IMG/VR virus record: IMGVR_UViG_3300021142_000002
Coordinates: 156,367 to 220,366 of that record
Length of the DNA: 64,000 bases
Strand: one strand, 5' to 3'
The position numbers were made by a program, and so were the translations under genes. Shown piece by piece: positions 48,341 through 60,000 of this stretch; positions within the stretch are counted from its first letter, which is position 1; every line of letters starts with the position of its first letter. A model generated the notes under the pieces. The model had not been told where the DNA came from, did not search any database, and was given only the letters and a program-made list of their open reading frames with translations.

Positions 48341-50653
48341 ATGAATTTCATTACGCTTAATTTTGATCCGACCTCTATAGCCAATAGTAACTTAATTACT
48401 GGTGAGGTTTGGAATTTATCGGTTGCTACTGTAAGAACTATTGTTGTTAATAATGGACTCTTTTATACCAATTCATTAGTTATTAAATTAGTATCTACTA
48501 ATGCTACTTTAGTCAAAGGAACTGATTATACGCTAGAAGGTTTTGATGCCGTTGTTACAGCAGCTACTGGATTTGAAACAGCTTCTGCTATTAACTTTAA
48601 TAATACTAACTTAACTGAAAGTGTTAGTATTCAGTATCAAGCTGTCGGTGGATTAGAGGGACAAAATAATGCTCTAGTTACTCAGCTTAGAGATACTCTA
48701 AATGTACTCTCACTAGAGAGTCCTACATGGACACAGGTTTTAAATAAACCAGATTTTTATCCGCCGGCTACTCATGTTCATAGTCCATTAACCGATCTAA
48801 TAGGGCTCAATGCAGTATCTAATGCGTTAAATAAAATATTTGATAGTCTTAATAATAATAGAGTCCCTGCATTAGGTGGGGAATCATTAAATAATAAGAT
48901 TGAAAGAATCTTAGGCGTTATTACCGCACAACGAGCTGACATTAATAAATTAGGTAATATACTCGCTAATATTCCTGATTTATCTACAGTAGGCTTTACC
49001 TCTATTGTATCATTTGGCTGTAGAACTGGTGGGTTATTTGATAATACACTTTATCTGCAACAAGCTGTTAATTCTGGCTTAGATATTTATGTTCCTGAAG
49101 GTATCTGGTATATCTCTGGATCTATTTTACTTAATGGAAATGGCTCTAAGATTATTGCATCACCTAAAGCTATTATTAGGAAATTAAATACATGCATTGG
49201 ATTTCAAATATTTGGACAGAAATGGCAATTACTGGGCGTATCAGTTGATTCAAATGGTTATGCAGGTGCTGGTATATTTGTATTCGGCTCATACAACTTA
49301 ATAGATGGTTGTGAGATCTATGGCAGTGCTTATCAGCTTAACGATGGTACTTGGGTAGTACCAGGCGGTGCTCATGGTGTTGCATTGGATGGTCAAAATA
49401 CTACCTGTAAAGGCAATAGAGTTGTTAACTCTTATATCCATCAAGTAGGTGGAGGTGGATTAACCAGTAATGCTGCTGGGGCTAATATTAAAGCTAACAA
49501 TGTCATTATTCAGTGTGGCAATGAATGTATTACCAGTGACTTACCTTCCAATGATGCGATTGTTAATAGTAACTATTGCGAACAAGGTTGTTTATCAGGC
49601 GGTGTGGGTAATATTGGTATTGATAGAGCGCTAGGTGGTACAGTATCAAGTAATGTATCTTTTAACTGTGCTAATGGCTATCCTGGTTTAACCTTCCAAA
49701 ATAATGTAGGGGATACAACAGGTGTTACCATCAATGGCAATGTACTGGATGGTAATAATGGTGGACTATGGCTCAAATTTAATATGGTTCAGTTTACTGG
49801 CTATATTACACCTATTCCAAATACCAATACCAGTCTTTTAACGGTTACTAATGTACCCAATGGACAATCTATTTCTATTGCTAGTCCTAGATATTTAGTA
49901 TCTGATGGAACAACCATTTTGGACAGAACAAAGATTTTAACTGATACCACTTATGTAGATGGTAGTGGTCATACTCAATCCATTACAGGTACTGGTGGTG
50001 TAGGCACTTACGTAGTCAGCAATTCTCAAGCTGTTTCTTCACAATTAATGACTGCCGGAGGCAGCACTAAGAACTGTGTGGTGGCAGCTAATGTATTTAG
50101 AAATAATACTAACTATGATATCAAAGTTGATGCAGGGTGTACGGGCAATTCCTTATCAGGAAATAGTACTGATGCTGTTATACTCGATTATAACATCGGT
50201 GGTGTTAATCCTAAGTCTGGTATTAATAGTTCCTTTAGGGTGTATCTATCTAATCCTCAAGGTAATATGACGGGCGATGGTACAACTCAGCAAATTATGT
50301 TTGATACTGCTAGTTTTAATACTACCAGTGTTTATAGTTTAGTTAATGGATTTTTTACTTCTAAAGTAACAGCTATTTATAGTTTCTCTATTTCTATTTT
50401 AACCACAGGACTAGCCAGTGCTACTTCAGCCACTTTAAAGCTAGTACAATCTGGCTCTAATAGTCAAACTATTCAAACAACTGCAGATATTGATAGTGGT
50501 GCTACGTCAATTAATCTAACCTTATCTGATAGCTTCTCTTTGCAGAGAGGCGATATTGTTACAGCTTATCTAACGGTATCAGGTACTAGTAAAAACTGGG
50601 GTATTCCAGCTAATCAATTATATACATGGTTTAGTGGTAATCTTATTAGCTAA
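48341..50653 (+). CDS. tail fibre/tailspike with right-handed beta-helix (pectin-lyase-like) and a beta-sandwich C-terminus
   Basis: Anchor domain; SIVSFG...DNTLYLQQAVNSGLDIYVPEGIW; Asn/Gly ladder repeats; FRVYLS..Q..IMFDT C1q-like end. Confidence 0.75.
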   Translation: MNFITLNFDPTSIANSNLITGEVWNLSVATVRTIVVNNGLFYTNSLVIKLVSTNATLVKGTDYTLEGFDAVVTAATGFETASAINFNNTNLTESVSIQYQAVGGLEGQNNALVTQLRDTLNVLSLESPTWTQVLNKPDFYPPATHVHSPLTDLIGLNAVSNALNKIFDSLNNNRVPALGGESLNNKIERILGVITAQRADINKLGNILANIPDLSTVGFTSIVSFGCRTGGLFDNTLYLQQAVNSGLDIYVPEGIWYISGSILLNGNGSKIIASPKAIIRKLNTCIGFQIFGQKWQLLGVSVDSNGYAGAGIFVFGSYNLIDGCEIYGSAYQLNDGTWVVPGGAHGVALDGQNTTCKGNRVVNSYIHQVGGGGLTSNAAGANIKANNVIIQCGNECITSDLPSNDAIVNSNYCEQGCLSGGVGNIGIDRALGGTVSSNVSFNCANGYPGLTFQNNVGDTTGVTINGNVLDGNNGGLWLKFNMVQFTGYITPIPNTNTSLLTVTNVPNGQSISIASPRYLVSDGTTILDRTKILTDTTYVDGSGHTQSITGTGGVGTYVVSNSQAVSSQLMTAGGSTKNCVVAANVFRNNTNYDIKVDAGCTGNSLSGNSTDAVILDYNIGGVNPKSGINSSFRVYLSNPQGNMTGDGTTQQIMFDTASFNTTSVYSLVNGFFTSKVTAIYSFSISILTTGLASATSATLKLVQSGSNSQTIQTTADIDSGATSINLTLSDSFSLQRGDIVTAYLTVSGTSKNWGIPANQLYTWFSGNLIS

Positions 50654-50724
50654 AAGAAATAATATGACCATGGATGACGCTATTATAGACACGTTTTCTT
50701 TCTCTCTACTATAGGAATTTAATA

Positions 50725-53460
50725 ATGACAGTTCCATATGATCCAACGGGTTCAGCTTCTACTAATTTAATTAGTGCAGAAGTCCACACACCGATTACTG
50801 AACCAGATATATTTCCCAACCAGGGACCCTTTTATAGTAATGGGTTTTCCATTACTGGTATTTTAAAAGCTTTAACAAATACAGTCAATACATTAGGCAC
50901 TATTGTAGGTGGTTCAGGCTATACCACACAAACTACAACTACTTATTATAATGTTCAGTTAACATTATTCAGCGGTACAATGGCTACCAGTTATCCAACA
51001 GCTAATATTACTGTCAGCGGTGGTGTAGTCACAACAGTTGCTTTAACATCTAATGGCTATGGTTTTACTGACACAACCACTGTATTAACTTGTCCAGCTA
51101 ACTCAATAGGTGGTGGATCACCAACGGCTACTTGGCTTGTACCTATTGCCACACTGCACACTAACGTAGCCGTACCCGTTAGTTTAAATCTATTTGTTGA
51201 TTATAACTGGGGTCCTTTATTTGCACAAAGATCAGGTGATACCGGTAAAGAAGTTTATAGCTTCTTCTTATTAACTGACTATACTAAATGGACATCAGTT
51301 ACTATTACCTATCAAGCTACTGGTGGTGATCCAGATACTGTTCTATTAAATCAAATTACTAACATGGGTAGTTTTGATAGAACTGATATTAATAACTGGT
51401 TATCTATCCAAGGCGATATTACTAATTTAGCTTTAGCTGGTGTTGATTACAATTTAAAGAATGTATCTGTTGCATATCTTTTTGCTTCTAAATTAGACGC
51501 TATTGCGGTAGCAATGAGAACACCTTCTACTTATTTGTCATTTATTAATAATGACTTCGCTAACATGCAAACTGCAGTAACGACTATTCAGGGGCAATTA
51601 AGTTCTTGGACTACTACTTTTAATAACATTGGTTTATTAACAGGTGGTGTAGCCACCAATGCTGCAGTTACAACAGCTATTAGTAATGCACTGGCTAACC
51701 AGACTAACATTAATGCATTAGCACAGGCTATTGATACCAACAGTTATTTCTATACTCATCCAACCCACACTTGGCTACAGAGAGTAGTTAATGGTACAGG
51801 CGGTGGAAGTTATGGTACTAATCCTAGTTCTAGTACACCAACCTGGTACAACAATGTACGATTAGGCTATTCATCAGGCAGACCCGTTACTGACAATATT
51901 AACGGCGCAGGTACTTATCCGGTTGTTAATTTAAAAGTTGTTAGTGGCGTTATTACTGATATTAGTTTGGTATCAGGTGGAACAGGATTTTGGGATACCA
52001 ATACTCGCTTTACTATTGATGTTACTGATTCTGGTACTATCTCTTCCGGTATTCTAGGAACTGCAGGTGCTGGCTTTTTATGCTGCGCAGATGCGGTTAC
52101 TACTGGCGCCACTAAAAACAATCCAGGTGCAATCACTAGTTTCTTACCCTTTGACGGTTTAGTCGATAATAATACATTAGCCACTGCTATTTCACCGACT
52201 GCTTTAAATACAGCCGTTAATAGCGTAGCACAGCTTTATAAATATGCTTCTCAAGTTTGGGTACAAAGGCTATTATTAGGTGCACCAGGTACAGGTTATC
52301 CCGATGGTTATTATGCTGCTGTTCCATTGCAATATCTATGGGGTACAGGTAATGGATCGACTACTAATGGAAACTATCCTTCTATTAACTTAACAGTTAT
52401 TAATGGCAGTGTAGTTAATGTAGTATTAAATAGTGGCGGTTCAGGCTTTACTGACGCCAATACACATTTCCAAATTAATACTAGCTTATTGATTGGTAGT
52501 AATGTAGGCTTAGCTACTTTTACTACTCCTCTGATATTAGGCGCGTCTGGTTACAATTCATCTACTGGTGCTATTACTGGTTTTATGAACTTTGATGGTT
52601 TTGTTGATAACAATGCATTAAAGGCGGCTACTCGTATTAAATTAACTAGCAGTATTACCATTTATGTCAATGGTTCAACAGGCAGCGATAGCGGTAATTT
52701 ATATGGTGGTCTATCAGCTAGCTATCCTTATAGAACATTAACTGCTGCATTTAATGCGGCTAATAATAACTATGATACAGGTACATCAACTGGTGGTTAT
52801 TCAATCATTATTCAGGTGGCAGATGGCACCTATACAGATGATTGTAACTTACATGGCTCTACTGTAAATAATAACATCATTGTACAGGGTAATAGTGCAT
52901 CACCTACTAACGTAGTAATTACCTCTGCAGCAGGCTCATCCGCCTTTATTAACAATGCTATTGTAACTTTTAAGAATGTTTTATTTACTGCACCCAATGC
53001 TTTATCAGGCAGTCAATCACATTGTTTAGTTGCAATGTTAGGCGCTTATGTAACGATTGCAGATGGCGTAACCTTTGGCACTGCTTTAAATAACCATATT
53101 CATTGTGATGGTGTATCTACTATTCAGGTAGCAGCAACTTCAAGCGGCTATAATGTACAAGGCAGTGCAGGTGGTTCACATCAATACTGTTTAGGTTCTG
53201 GTGTTATCAATAACATCATTAGTAATATCTGTAATATTACTGCTGCCATTACTGTGGGTCAATGGATTTGGGCACATGGTGGTACCGTATATATTGCTTC
53301 TAATACCTTTACTAATAAATCAAATGTTACTGGTAAGTACTACGCCGTGGATAACCATGGTATTATTATCACCAATGGTGCAAGTGGAACTTATTTACCT
53401 GGTAATAGTGCAGGTACTGCAGATACTGCAACAACTTATGTGGGAGGAAACTATGTTTAA
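50725..53460 (+). CDS. tail fibre with internal tandem duplications and C-terminal beta-helix
   Basis: YDPTG anchor; three GxGY/F modules; IYVNGSTGSDS...PYRTL..A...IQVADGTY motif. Confidence 0.75.
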   Translation: MTVPYDPTGSASTNLISAEVHTPITEPDIFPNQGPFYSNGFSITGILKALTNTVNTLGTIVGGSGYTTQTTTTYYNVQLTLFSGTMATSYPTANITVSGGVVTTVALTSNGYGFTDTTTVLTCPANSIGGGSPTATWLVPIATLHTNVAVPVSLNLFVDYNWGPLFAQRSGDTGKEVYSFFLLTDYTKWTSVTITYQATGGDPDTVLLNQITNMGSFDRTDINNWLSIQGDITNLALAGVDYNLKNVSVAYLFASKLDAIAVAMRTPSTYLSFINNDFANMQTAVTTIQGQLSSWTTTFNNIGLLTGGVATNAAVTTAISNALANQTNINALAQAIDTNSYFYTHPTHTWLQRVVNGTGGGSYGTNPSSSTPTWYNNVRLGYSSGRPVTDNINGAGTYPVVNLKVVSGVITDISLVSGGTGFWDTNTRFTIDVTDSGTISSGILGTAGAGFLCCADAVTTGATKNNPGAITSFLPFDGLVDNNTLATAISPTALNTAVNSVAQLYKYASQVWVQRLLLGAPGTGYPDGYYAAVPLQYLWGTGNGSTTNGNYPSINLTVINGSVVNVVLNSGGSGFTDANTHFQINTSLLIGSNVGLATFTTPLILGASGYNSSTGAITGFMNFDGFVDNNALKAATRIKLTSSITIYVNGSTGSDSGNLYGGLSASYPYRTLTAAFNAANNNYDTGTSTGGYSIIIQVADGTYTDDCNLHGSTVNNNIIVQGNSASPTNVVITSAAGSSAFINNAIVTFKNVLFTAPNALSGSQSHCLVAMLGAYVTIADGVTFGTALNNHIHCDGVSTIQVAATSSGYNVQGSAGGSHQYCLGSGVINNIISNICNITAAITVGQWIWAHGGTVYIASNTFTNKSNVTGKYYAVDNHGIIITNGASGTYLPGNSAGTADTATTYVGGNYV

Positions 53461-53944
53461 TAAACTCATTATTCCATTTCAGATGGATAATCATTACTGG
53501 GCAGTAGAAGACTCTACTGACCCTGTTAATACAGTGTATTCATCGGCTAAAGCTGACTATGTATCAGTTACTGATCCTACTTATTTAGCCTGGGCAGATA
53601 GTGGTCATTATACGACTACTATTGAAACTGAAGCAGAGTTGTTTTCAAAGTTTACTGGCGTATTTGTTAAATGCTTACCTTTAAACAACCCAGCCAGACA
53701 AGCTGCCTTTATTGAAGACTATATTAATATTTATATTAATGACCCAAAGTTTGATTATGATAGTTATCATGAATTATCTCTTTGGTTAAATAATAGTCGT
53801 TTTGCTAAAGAAGCTACTGAAGTATTAGAGTGGGTTCAAGAATGTTTATCTATTCAGTTTGACGTTAAAAGAGGTCATGTAACCTATCCAGATTTACAAG
53901 CTCTTGAAGCTGCATTACCTGTTTTTAATATCCAACCTGCATAA
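53453..53944 (+). CDS. putative tail fibre assembly chaperone
   Basis: GGAGG RBS, start overlaps the fibre stop; HYWAV..VYSSA..DYV and FDYDS...RFAKEA patterns; ORF track start 53201 is too long. Confidence 0.55.
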   Translation: MFNKLIIPFQMDNHYWAVEDSTDPVNTVYSSAKADYVSVTDPTYLAWADSGHYTTTIETEAELFSKFTGVFVKCLPLNNPARQAAFIEDYINIYINDPKFDYDSYHELSLWLNNSRFAKEATEVLEWVQECLSIQFDVKRGHVTYPDLQALEAALPVFNIQPA

Positions 53945-53954
53945 ATCTTAACAT

Positions 53955-53989
53955 ATAGACATTCAGGGATTTATACCCTGAATGTCTAT
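53955..53989. terminator. hairpin upstream of fibre gene 54010
   Basis: ATAGACATTCAGGG-ATTTATA-CCCTGAATGTCTAT. Confidence 0.65.
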
Positions 53990-54009
53990 TATTTACAGGA
54001 CAAAAATAC

Positions 54010-57000
54010 ATGAACTTAATAACGTTTCAATTTGATCCTTCAGCGAGTAATTCAAATAACTTAGTTACAAATGAATCCCATGCTTTAACCGATAGCACTG
54101 CAGGTATATTATTAGCCAATGCTGGTTTGTTTTATGTTAAAACTTTAATTGTTTCAGTGCCTTCTACTAATAGAATACTAGTAAGAGATACTGATTATAC
54201 TATCACAGGCTTTGATAGTGAGGCAACTGCATTAACAGGTTATGAATGTGCATCAGCTATTTCATTAAGTCCTAGCATTATTTCGGGTACTATCAGTTTG
54301 CAATACCAAGCTGTCGGTGGTATGCAAGGGCAAAACAGTGCATTAGTAAAACAGCTTAGAGATACTGTTAATTTGTTAGCAGAACAAAATCCTACCTGGG
54401 CTGAGGTTATTAATAAACCTAACTTCTATCCAGCACTACCTCATGTTCATAATCCAGTTACTGATTTAGTCGGATTAAATGCTTTAAATAATGTTTTAAC
54501 TAAAATATTTGAAAGCTTACACAATAACAGAATTCCTGCTTTAGGTGGTGAAAGTTTAAATAATAAGATTGATAGAGTATTAACAGTTATTGCCTCTATG
54601 AGACATGATATTAATATCCTAGGTAATGTCATTAATTTAAATCCTATTCAATTACCCACCTATGCCTCTAAAGAATCGGCTAGTAATAAAACACAAGTCA
54701 TTAATAGTAATAATATTTCCAGTACTGTACAATATCCTAGTGTTAATGCAGTTGTTAATTACATTGTTAATGAAATGTCCAGTGTTTTAACCAGTGATCA
54801 ATTAACGGCAGCTTTAGCTAATTATGCAACAACTGCTTATGTGAACAATGAATTTAATAATCAGTTGTTTAACTATGCTCAAAACGGCGCTAATGGCTTT
54901 CTAAGAGCTTTAAATGATATCATCGCAGAAGAGTTCAATGTAAAAAACTTTGGCGCTACAGGCCTTGGAGAGGCTGTAGATGATAGTGCTGCTTTTTTAT
55001 TGACCTTTAATAAAGCATTGCAATATGAATGTGCTTTAATTAAAATACCTGCGGGAAAATTTAGATTAGATCAAGGTATTGTAGGATTATTAACCTGTTA
55101 TGCGACACAAGGCATAAGACAATTATCTACTGTTACAATGGGATCAGGTTATACGCCAGGTACTTATAGTAACATTAGATTAAATTACATTAGTGGAACT
55201 ACTTCTAATACACTACCTAGAGTAAATATTACAGTTAATTCAAGCGGTCAAGTAAGTCAAGTAACGATGGTTACCTTTGGCTCTGGCTATGTAGATACAA
55301 GTATGGTAATGGGGTTACCCACTACTGGATTAACAGGTGCGCTAGCAGGATTAGCTGCAGGTTCTGGTTTTACCACAGGTATCTTAAGTTTAACAGGTCA
55401 AGGGCAGAGAATAAAAGTAATTGGTGCAGGTCCTGGACAAACTACTTTAATGGTAAATGCGACTAATGGTGGTTTGCAATTAGGATTTTCTTCTTGGTTA
55501 GATCCAGAGACTAATACTAGGCATAATCAAAAAGTTGATAGATACTCTACTGTTAATTATGAAGGTATGGCAATAGTCCCTATGGTAGATGGCGCTGGTA
55601 CAGGACTGGGTTATAGCTTCCAGCCTAACTCTGATGTACCCGCGTTAAATGCTAATAATGCAGGGGGATCTCCTTATGGTCAGCTTAGAATTTATGATGT
55701 AGTAGTGGGTCCTTTAACAACTTTTACCAATACTAGTTTTAATATTGGCGTTGATATTAGAGGTACTTGTAACCCTATTCTTTGGAGAGTGGTTGTTAAC
55801 CAAGGACATCAAGCGACTACATGGATGACGGCAGGACTTGAGGCATCTAGTTCTTATGGTTACTATATAGATCATTGTAACTTTGGTGCAGTACAAGGAT
55901 ACTTTGGTATAAAGGATATTAACGTATCGGTTACTGAGTCTGGCTATATTCATAACACAGATAATGCAGGTTACAATGTAGCTATGATTAGCACTCGTGT
56001 GCCTGCAGGTCGTAATGACCAGTTCTATATTGCAGATAGCCACATGAATGGATGTTTTATGGGTGCCTTATTTCAGGGCCAATCTGAATTAAAATTTGAT
56101 AGTGTACTCTTTTTAGCTGAAGTATCATCTACTAACAATTATGATACGTATAAAGATATTGTAATTGGCACTAGAAATGGCCGTGGCACAACGAATACTC
56201 AGTTATTAAACTGTCAGTATGGTGGTGGAATGAACGTGCCTAGAAGGCGTCATGTATCGTTAATGAATGCTAAAGCCGCGGATACCGCTACCGTTAATAA
56301 GAAGGTTAAAGTGGTTGATTACTGCTTAGGTGCTAGAACCTGTATACCTGCTTATTATGTTGATAAAAATAGTCACGAGATTACCATTGAATTGCCAGAA
56401 ACTATTATCAATGATGCCTTTCCTTCTTATCCGCTCCAGACTACTTTAAATCCAGGTTATGTAGGTCAAACATTTGTTGCGACAGGCTGTACTGCTCAAT
56501 CATTTTCTATCGTATCTGGAAATGCATCAGTCACTATTAATAACAATCCGGCCTCTGGTGTAACCCCTAATAATGGTTTTGTGTTAACGCTGCCTGTGGG
56601 ATCATTTACAGGTACTATTGTAGCTGGAATGACTATTACCGGCACTGGCAACGTCTATGGGACAACTACACCACAAGCTATTAAAGCTGTCATTATGCCC
56701 TTTGGTAGTAATCAGACAACCGGTACGGGTGCAGCTGGAACTTATGCGTTAAGTAACTACTTTAATCTAACCAATGTTAATATCAGCTCTAACACTCTAT
56801 TAACAGTAGGTACTGTAGTAGGTGGTATGGTTATGGTAGGGCAGATGATCTTTAGTAATACAACCAGCAGTGGTGTTACTATTACATCTGCAGGCAATGC
56901 CTCAAATAAATGGTTTTTAAGCAGCAATGAAACGGTATCCGATACAGTGACCGGTATACTACCTACCTTTACAACAACGGCTGGTAGAATCAATAACTTG

Positions 57001-60000
57001 TCAGCAGGTAATATCTTTACCATTGGTAATAATGAATCGGGTACTACACCCTTAGTTAATCAGTTACTGGCTAATAATGCGATTACTGTAGGTACTTATA
57101 TTAATTCAGTTATTAATAGCACAGAGTGGTATGTTAATTTCATGCAGCCACAATCTGTTATGGTTAATCAAGTACAATCATCTGTTTATACTACTTTCAG
57201 TGGCTCTATTACAGGTAATGTATTAACCGCTACTAAAGTAGTTGGTGCTATGAAGGCTGGTCAATTAGTAGTGGGTAGTGGTGTCGTTAATGTAACTTAT
57301 ATTATTTCTAAAGGCACTGTAGCTAATACCTGGGTACTTAATAATAGTTATACAAATACTATTACTGGTAACATGACTTCTTATGTCATGAATACGCCTG
57401 TACAATGTATATTTGATACACCCTTTACCATTACCGGTTATATTACACAAGACTCTATTGGTGGTGTTCTAAATGTTGTAACAGGTAATACACCCTCAGT
57501 TTGGATTAACATGGTAGGTACTATGATTAATTCTACCAGTACTAATCCAGGTACTGCCGTTACCGAGCAGTTAACGGGTATTGGTGATGGTGTTGGAACG
57601 TACAGAATTAATAGTAACATTACGGCAGGCTCTAGTGGATCACCTATTACCTTTACCTGTTATCCATACCCAATCTTAGGGTATATTGCTAATACCATTG
57701 TTACAGGTACTATAGTTAGTAACTTAATGACATTGGATAATAACTCTGGTGTTAGTGCAGGTCAGTTAGTATTAACTGCTAATTTACCATTGGGTACAGT
57801 AATTACACAGGCTAATGGTAACTCATGGCAGATTAGTAATCCACCTAGAAACTCTACGACTACTTTAGTAACAGGCACTATTATTAATTTAGTAACGCCA
57901 AACGTAGTTATTAATGCTAGTATTAGCAATGGTAGTATAGGTACTGTGGGCAGAACGATTACTATCTCTGGTAGCTATACTGGAACAATAGCCAATGGCA
58001 TGTTGGTCTTTGGTGTAGGTATAGCTTATGGTACTTATATAGTAGGGACTGATAGCTCAGGTAACTGGATAGTTAATCAAAAATACAAATTTAGTGGTAC
58101 CCTATATTTGGTTAATAGTACGTTTATTACTAGCAATGCATCTATTAACAATGCAGTGACCGGCAATACATTAACCTTTACCGATAGTACAGCACCTATC
58201 TATGGCGAGCTATTAGTGGGTCCAAATGTAATTCCAGGGACTACTGTTTGCTATGGAACTAGTGGTACTTATGCGACAACAGTTGCTCATCAGTTAAACA
58301 CTGCTCAGTTATTAATGGGATTTAAACCAACTACCTTCTTATCAGATTCTATTATTAATGATAACTTATTAATAGTGGGCACTGATGTATCGGGTCCATT
58401 AACAACAGGAATGGCTTTATTTGGTATTGGTGTAACACTGGGTACAATGATTAATGATTGGTCTAGTGATGGTTTGATTTATCAGCTTAATACGGGGGGT
58501 ATTTCTTATCGTGGTAGGATTTATGCCTCTATACCTAATGCATGGTTTAACGGCACAATCGTTGCTAATACCGATGGTACAGGTACTTTAACGACTACAC
58601 CTATATTAATTCCTGTCGGTCAATTAGTAGTAGGTAATACTTACACCATTAGTACCAGCGGTAATACTAACTGGTTATTGTTAGGGTCTACTTCTAATAA
58701 TGCGGGTACTACTTTTACTGCAACGGGAAATGGTAATCTAGGTGAAACAGGTGTGGTGAGTGTAGCCTATACAGTAACTATTAATCAAATCCTAATAGGC
58801 TTTGGCGTTACCTTTGGCACTTATATTACCACTCAGTTAACAACCAATACCTTTAAAGTTAATATTGCACAGACTGTAAGTACTGCGGTTAGTATGATGA
58901 CTTTTAATAGAGATTGGATTAGCTCACAAGCTACTATTGGTAATCCTAATCCCTTATTGTCACAGGGCAATTATTTAAAGATTAGTAACATCATTGGCAC
59001 TGCAGGTATTAACCAAATGATCTTTGGCAAAAATATACCTAGAGGCACTGTTATCATTAATGATGGATTAGATAATAGTAATCAAACCTGGATGGTTGAT
59101 AGCATTGCTAATATTTACCAAGAAAATATGGTAGGTATCTATCCAATGTTTAAAGCAGTGAACTGTAATATTAGTTCACTGAATGCATCAGGCTGTTCTG
59201 TTTACTATTTTAATGGTGCAGGCTGTAGTATTAATAATGGATTTAGCACACCTTCCGCGGGTTATACGCTAACTGTTCCATCAGGTGGATTTACTGGTCG
59301 GTTAATGATTGGTACGAGTTATAATGCATTAGATGGGAATGGGGATATTGTAGGTACAGGCACTATTACTGGATTTATCTCAGACATTACTAATGGTACT
59401 TATATTGGTACGGCTAATGGTGGCGGGTATAACTTGAGTCAAAATGCTACTGCTAATGCGATTGATCCAGTAGGGACTATTGCCACCACAGCAGTAGCTA
59501 CAAATTGTGTATTAAATACTAATAGTACAGATGTTAATTTACTCTATATTAATGGGTCAATTCCTTATGGTACTATAGCTACAGGTAATCTAGTATTTGG
59601 TGGACCTAATATTCCATATGGAACATTTATTACTAATCAGGTATCGGGTACACCAGGCAGTGCAGGCGTTTACACCATGAGCTCACCTTCAGGCAATATT
59701 ATATCCCATGCAACTACTGCTTTTACTGCATGTTTTATATCACCTGCTGTTAATAGTATTTCAGGCTGTAATATTACTGGAACTACATTAACTCTACCGA
59801 CTGGTTCTTTAACAACAGGTATTGCTGTAGGAATGACTTTAATTAGCAATAAGCTTAATTTAGGTATTACGATTACAGGCAGTACTAGCAATCCATTGGT
59901 GTGGACTATTAGTAGCCCATTATTATTTTCTAATATTAGCATTGCCTTTACTAACTTAAATATGTTGGGTACAGGCATTGTAGGTAGTGGTACGGGCAGT

